The notes below the pieces were generated by a model. That model was not told the DNA's origin and searched no databases. It saw nothing but the letters and a program-made list of their open reading frames with translations. Shown in pieces: positions 46,632 through 50,906 of a DNA stretch of 50,906 nt. Position numbers and translations under genes: made by a program. How positions within the stretch are numbered: position 1 is the stretch's first letter; each line of letters starts with the position of its first letter. Location: positions 1-50,906 of the forward strand of contig JAEHCN010000002.1 of assembly GCA_020696395.1 (NCBI GenBank), written 5' to 3'. The stretch is from Thermoplasmata archaeon. GTDB lineage: Archaea > Thermoplasmatota > Thermoplasmata > UBA10834.

Positions 46632-48227
46632 ATGCCTGGGCAGGCGGCCGGAGGGGAAGACCATCCGAAGCGACTCATGGGCCCGAAGGCAGCTCTCTCA
46701 GTCACCAACAACGTCCTCGGTGCGCTCCTTAGCACGGCCGCCCTGATATTCATAGCGAAGAACATGGGAGCCGATGTCCTCGGCATACTCGGCTTCGGCG
46801 TTGCAGTCATCGGGGCGCTCAGCTTCCTCTCGGACTTCGGGGTCGGCTCGGTCCATATCCGCCAGATGAACTCCAGTGAGGACAAAAGCAAATGCATCGG
46901 AGCGTACGCCGTCATCCGGCTCATCCTCCTGGGCGTATTCTCGGTCGCAACGCTGATCCTGATAGAGTCCTGGAAGGACGGAACCGCAGGCGGTATGATG
47001 CCCAGCGGGGAGGCGCTCATTCCAACGGTGACGGACACGATGTACGTGTTCCTAGTGTACTACGTCCTGCTCGGGATCAGCCAGATCGCCACCCACACCT
47101 TCGACGCCATCGGCGCGCACGCCAAGGTACACGTGCCTTCGATCCTGGAACTCGTCGTCCGAGTCTCGTTCGTGATATACATAGCGCTATCGCCTTTGGG
47201 CGCGAGCACGAACGGGCCGGCGTTCCTCGCGTCAGCATATGCTGCTGGCATAATCGCGTCTATGATACTCGTGGCGCTCCTGATGAGACCCTACAGAATC
47301 TCCATGCCCGACAAGGAGACTTTGTGGAGGTACGTCACATCCCTTGCGCCCGTCTTCCTCGTGTCCGTAATCATCATAATCGACCTATATCTCGACAAGG
47401 CGGTCGTCGGCTACTTCTGGGGCGAGCACGAGCTGGGACTGTACTTCGGCGCACAGAGGATGGCGGTCTTCGTCGGGGTGTTCTCGTTATCGGTTGCCAC
47501 GCTCATCCTCCCATCCGTCACGACCTACTTCGTCCGAAAGGATGTCTCGGCCAGCTGGGACGTCGTGAACCAGGCTGAGAGATACGTCTCCCTGATAGTC
47601 ATACCCACTGCGGCGTTCTACCTCGTGTACGGCTCGGATATCCTGAGGGTGTTCCTCTCCGAGGAGTTCGTCGTCGCCGTGAGAAGCATGGACATGCTGG
47701 TCATGGCAAGCGCGGTCGTCGCGCTGGTAATACCACTTCGCTCCGTTCTCGCAGGGCTGGGAAGGCCCGTAACGCTGTTCCTGATCGGCCTTGCCGGCGT
47801 ACTGCTGCAGCTTGCCCTTCTTCTCATCCTCGTGCCCGACAACCTGTTCGGGGCCGAGATGTTCGGCCTGAAGAGGCAGGGCGCCGCTGGTGCCCTTCTA
47901 ATCTGCTCGATATACTACTTCTTCGTCCTCAGGTACATGGCCTGGAAGGTCGGCAGGATGCATCCTCACTCACGCTCCTTCAAGCACTTACTCAGCGCGA
48001 TAACGATGATCGGCGCGATGTACGTCTTGGATTGGGCTCTGATACCCACCATAGACTGGCTGGCCCTCATGCTGCTGGCCGTCGTGGGCGTGTTCGCGTA
48101 CGCGCTCTCCTCGTACTTCATGGGAGAGCTCGAGGCCTCGGACTACAGGTACTTCAAGACGATGCTGAACCCCCAGGATACGATGGAATACGTGGTCAAC
48201 GAGCTGGTAGGCAAGCGTGGGCAGTGA
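46632..48227 (+). CDS. Oligosaccharide flippase / polysaccharide biosynthesis protein (Wzx/MATE-like)
   Basis: About 14 TM helices, LSDFGV, LDKAVVGYFWG..LGLY and GAAGA. Confidence 0.8.
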   Translation: MPGQAAGGEDHPKRLMGPKAALSVTNNVLGALLSTAALIFIAKNMGADVLGILGFGVAVIGALSFLSDFGVGSVHIRQMNSSEDKSKCIGAYAVIRLILLGVFSVATLILIESWKDGTAGGMMPSGEALIPTVTDTMYVFLVYYVLLGISQIATHTFDAIGAHAKVHVPSILELVVRVSFVIYIALSPLGASTNGPAFLASAYAAGIIASMILVALLMRPYRISMPDKETLWRYVTSLAPVFLVSVIIIIDLYLDKAVVGYFWGEHELGLYFGAQRMAVFVGVFSLSVATLILPSVTTYFVRKDVSASWDVVNQAERYVSLIVIPTAAFYLVYGSDILRVFLSEEFVVAVRSMDMLVMASAVVALVIPLRSVLAGLGRPVTLFLIGLAGVLLQLALLLILVPDNLFGAEMFGLKRQGAAGALLICSIYYFFVLRYMAWKVGRMHPHSRSFKHLLSAITMIGAMYVLDWALIPTIDWLALMLLAVVGVFAYALSSYFMGELEASDYRYFKTMLNPQDTMEYVVNELVGKRGQ

Positions 48228-48285
48228 TCAGGCCAATTCGCTTTATAGCATATGAACGGAATTACGGCTGGGAGGGAGGACGACG

Positions 48286-49551
48286 TTGTCTGAGGAACTA
48301 TTCGTGGTCCACGCGTCAGAGCTGCTCACGATGCGAGGGCCCTGCAGGCCGAGAATCAAGGGAGAGATGTCCGACCTCGGCACCATCAGAGACGGCGCCG
48401 TGTACATCCGCGACGGGCTCATCGAGGCGGTAGGCGAGAGTTCCGACATCCTCCGCGACAACAGTGCGCACGGAGTCGACGTGATCGACGCATCCGGAAA
48501 GACCGTCATGCCTGGATTCGTCGACCCACACACGCATCTTGTGTTCGCCGGCTCGCGAGAGTTCGAGCTCGAGATGAAGCTCAAGCGCATGAGCTACATC
48601 GACATCCTGAGAGAAGGCGGTGGCATCCTCAGGACCATGAGGGACACCAGAGCGGCTTCACCAGACGACCTTTTCAGACAGTCGGAACAGCGACTCAGAA
48701 CGATGCTGCAGCACGGCTCGACGACCGTCGAGGGAAAATCGGGCTACGGCCTCGACAGGAAGACCGAGTTCAAGATTCTCGAGACGATGAGGAAACTCGA
48801 CGAGGCCTGCGAGGCCGATATCGTCCCCACATACATGGGAGCGCATGCAGTCCCGCCGGAGTTCACCGACGGCGCGGACGAGTACGTCCAGTTCATCATC
48901 GACGAGGTGCTGCTGGACCTTCCAGGGTCCGGTCTAGCCAGGTTCTGCGATGTCTTCTGCGAGAAGGGAGTGTTCACGGTCGCACAATCGAGGAAGGTGC
49001 TGCTCGCGGCGAAGGCTCTTGGGCTCGGGTTGAAGGTGCACGCCGACGAGTTCGAGCGCACAGGAGGGGCGGAGCTGGCGGCGGAAGTGGGGGCCGTGTC
49101 CGCAGACCATCTCGCGAGACCTTCGGACGACGGAATAATGGCGATGGCGAGGAAACAGGTGGTGGGCGTGCTCCTGCCCGGCACTACGTTCTCGTCCATG
49201 CTCGACGATTACGCGGAAGCCAGAAGGCTCATAGAACTGGGTGTCCCCGTCGCGCTCGCAACAGACCTCAACCCTAACTGCTGGAATCCGTCGATGCAGT
49301 TCACCATAACCCTGGCCTGCTACAACATGAAGATGTCCCCGGCAGAAGCGCTTGTCGCTTCAACGATAAACGCCGCGGCTGCCGTTGGGCTAGAGAAATC
49401 CGTCGGATCGCTCGAGCCGGGGAAGAAGGCGGACATTCTCATGATGGATGTCCCGAGCCACGCTCACATACCCTATCAGATGGGCGTCAATCTCTGCGAA
49501 GTCGTCCTCAAGGACGGGCGACCGGTCTTCTCGAGAGATGGGACGCGATGA
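48286..49551 (+). CDS. hutI: Imidazolonepropionase
   Basis: PGFVDPHTHLVFAGSREFE, GGGI, EGKSGYGL, GAHA, DVFCE, HADE, SADHL and ATDLNP. Confidence 0.93.
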   Translation: MSEELFVVHASELLTMRGPCRPRIKGEMSDLGTIRDGAVYIRDGLIEAVGESSDILRDNSAHGVDVIDASGKTVMPGFVDPHTHLVFAGSREFELEMKLKRMSYIDILREGGGILRTMRDTRAASPDDLFRQSEQRLRTMLQHGSTTVEGKSGYGLDRKTEFKILETMRKLDEACEADIVPTYMGAHAVPPEFTDGADEYVQFIIDEVLLDLPGSGLARFCDVFCEKGVFTVAQSRKVLLAAKALGLGLKVHADEFERTGGAELAAEVGAVSADHLARPSDDGIMAMARKQVVGVLLPGTTFSSMLDDYAEARRLIELGVPVALATDLNPNCWNPSMQFTITLACYNMKMSPAEALVASTINAAAAVGLEKSVGSLEPGKKADILMMDVPSHAHIPYQMGVNLCEVVLKDGRPVFSRDGTR

Positions 49552-49560
49552 ACGGACCCA

Positions 49561-49992
49561 CTAGACCCTCAGAATGACTATGCCGAGCACTACGGTGCCT
49601 ATCCCGACCCACTCCTGGAAGGTCATATTCTCCCGCAAGAACACTAGCGCCAACAGGGTCGTGAAGACCGCATTGGATGTTGCAATCGCGGCTGTGGCGC
49701 CTGTAGACATCTCGCCGTGGGACAAGGCAAAAGCGAACGTGAGCAATCCGACGCCGAGGAAGAGCCCGGCGGCGATTGGGAAGAGCAGCTTGGAGTCCAA
49801 GTTGATTGTCTCGCCCTTGAGAAGCAGATACGCGGACAGCGCTACCCCAAGGACACCCATGGTGACCCACATGACCGCTGTGAATAGTGTCGGGTCGATT
49901 CCCTCGTTCTTCTCGCCGTAGCTTATCAGAAAATTCGTCGCTCCCCAAAGCAGGAAAGTGCACACTGCGAACAGCAATGCGGATGTCAACAT
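49561..49992 (-). CDS. Single-domain EamA/DMT family transporter
   Basis: Five TM helices, LLWGA, and LLALVFLRE..EWVGIGTVVLGIVIL. ATG 49992 has a TTTATTA TATA about 40 bp upstream. Confidence 0.85.
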   Translation of the reverse strand: MLTSALLFAVCTFLLWGATNFLISYGEKNEGIDPTLFTAVMWVTMGVLGVALSAYLLLKGETINLDSKLLFPIAAGLFLGVGLLTFAFALSHGEMSTGATAAIATSNAVFTTLLALVFLRENMTFQEWVGIGTVVLGIVILRV

Positions 49993-50188
49993 GGTCCTTC
50001 GCTCCACGAGACGGCGTAGAAGTGGTCCTAATAAATAGATTTGCTCGACCCAGAGTAGACGACGGGCGACTGCCATCGAGAGGACACAACTACGGTGTGG
50101 TCACGCATCTACACCTCTCACGGAGATTCTCGCGTGTTTGAAAACTTCTGAACCTCAGCTCTCGCCGCCTTGCCGAAAGTGTTCATAT

Positions 50189-50203
50189 CTAACTCCGAGT
50201 TAG
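50189..50203. promoter_or_regulatory. CTAAC-N5-GTTAG palindrome inside a GAGTTAGRTGT repeat cluster
   Basis: CTAAC-tccga-GTTAG directly after cgaaagtgTTCATA, with further part-copies out to 50238. Confidence 0.55.
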
Positions 50204-50296
50204 GTGTTTCAGTCAGGTGTTTCATTCGAGTTAGATGTCGCATGAATCGCACGTGCGATGCACGAAACCGTGTTCAAACAGGAACTCATACCGTCA

Positions 50297-50316
50297 GAAA
50301 AGGCCATAGTGGCGGA
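50297..50316 (+). repeat. Copy 4 of the GAAAAGGCCATAGGGGCGGA motif
   Basis: gaaaaggccatagTggcgga, 19/20 identical to the reverse complement of copies 2 and 3. Confidence 0.9.
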
Positions 50317-50467
50317 AGGCAAAATAGGCAGGCATCCACTCAGGCTTGAAACATCGATTCTTGGCGCATCTCAACAGACAATCTGTCTCCGATGGTTCAT
50401 CAATTGAGGAGCCCACTCCTCATGATACTGCTCCGTAACCGACAAATGGGTACTCGACTGGCCTGCC

Positions 50468-50905
50468 CTACTTCATAGTAATTACAACCTTTCCTCTTGC
50501 GCGATTTGTCCCCACGTAGTCTATGGCTTCAGGGATCTCAGGGAAAGTGTACGTCCTATCAATAACAGGCTTGAGCTTCCCGGTTTCGAGCATTTCTTTC
50601 AGAGTGACGAAGTCCTCATGACTCGGCCTAGTCATGAATGGACGACCCACACTGCGCATGAATATCGACAGTAAAGCCGCCTTCATCACATAACTCATCC
50701 CACCATGACCGCTGTTTGGCAACACTACGCCCCCCTTTGCCAGAGCACGCCTGTAAGCTGAGAACGATTGGTTGGCGACATTGTCGAGAATCAGATCGTA
50801 CCGATTACCACTTCTTGTGAAATCCTCATTGGTATAATCCACCACATGGTCTGCGCCGAGCGCGCGGACCATTTCGACGTTCCTCGAACTGCATACCCCA
50901 GTGAC
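50468..50905 (-). CDS. NAD(P)-dependent MDR-family alcohol dehydrogenase/quinone reductase, 5'-truncated by the window edge
   Basis: VTGVCSSRNVEMVRALGADHVVDYT, YDLILDNV, PVIDRTY and ARGKVVI. The frame is open to the edge. Confidence 0.9.
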   Translation of the reverse strand, partial: VTGVCSSRNVEMVRALGADHVVDYTNEDFTRSGNRYDLILDNVANQSFSAYRRALAKGGVVLPNSGHGGMSYVMKAALLSIFMRSVGRPFMTRPSHEDFVTLKEMLETGKLKPVIDRTYTFPEIPEAIDYVGTNRARGKVVITMK

Positions 50906-50906
50906 T

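Noticed and set aside
48286..49551. hutI without hutH/hutU/hutG as a novelty
   Set aside because: Dispersed hut genes are common, and the partners may lie outside the window.
50187..50236. Canonical integron attC (ATCTAAC...GTTAGAT)
   Set aside because: It is only 50 bp, the interior does not form the L-box stem with extrahelical bases, it is a single copy, and no integron integrase is visible. Kept only as an alternative in a finding.

Overview
Archaeal chromosomal DNA, most likely from a GC-rich, non-methanogenic member of the Thermoplasmata. This is an inference from the DUF835 proteins, the archaeal AsnRS-like asparagine synthetase, PKD/Ig-rich surface proteins, GGAGGTGA ribosome-binding sites and BRE/TATA promoters. 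A core block of about 47 kb (3061-49992) contains a PAS/GAF histidine kinase, a 1743-aa doubly anchored surface protein divergent from a peptide ABC transporter whose permease carries two PKD domains, a corrinoid methyl-transfer module (AcsE-like methyltransferase, corrinoid protein, two pyrrolysine-free MttB paralogues), an Lrp/asnA pair, a large amino-acid biosynthesis cluster (thrB, thrC, hom, aspartokinase, ilvD, pheA, leuACDB), a decayed clostripain and hutI. Both ends of the window look more A/T-rich and accessory (judged by eye, not computed). Two unannotated signals stand out. (1) A 20-codon ORF with 8 Leu codons (36220-36282) lies between the promoter and leuA; it is a candidate ribosome-sensing attenuator, a mechanism barely described in archaea. 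(2) The 20-bp motif GAAAAGGCCATAGGGGCGGA occurs four times, only at the borders of accessory genes, and one copy lies near an orphan tRNA-Ala 3' fragment; this suggests a gene-cassette or site-specific recombination system. All calls come from reading motifs by eye; no searches were run.
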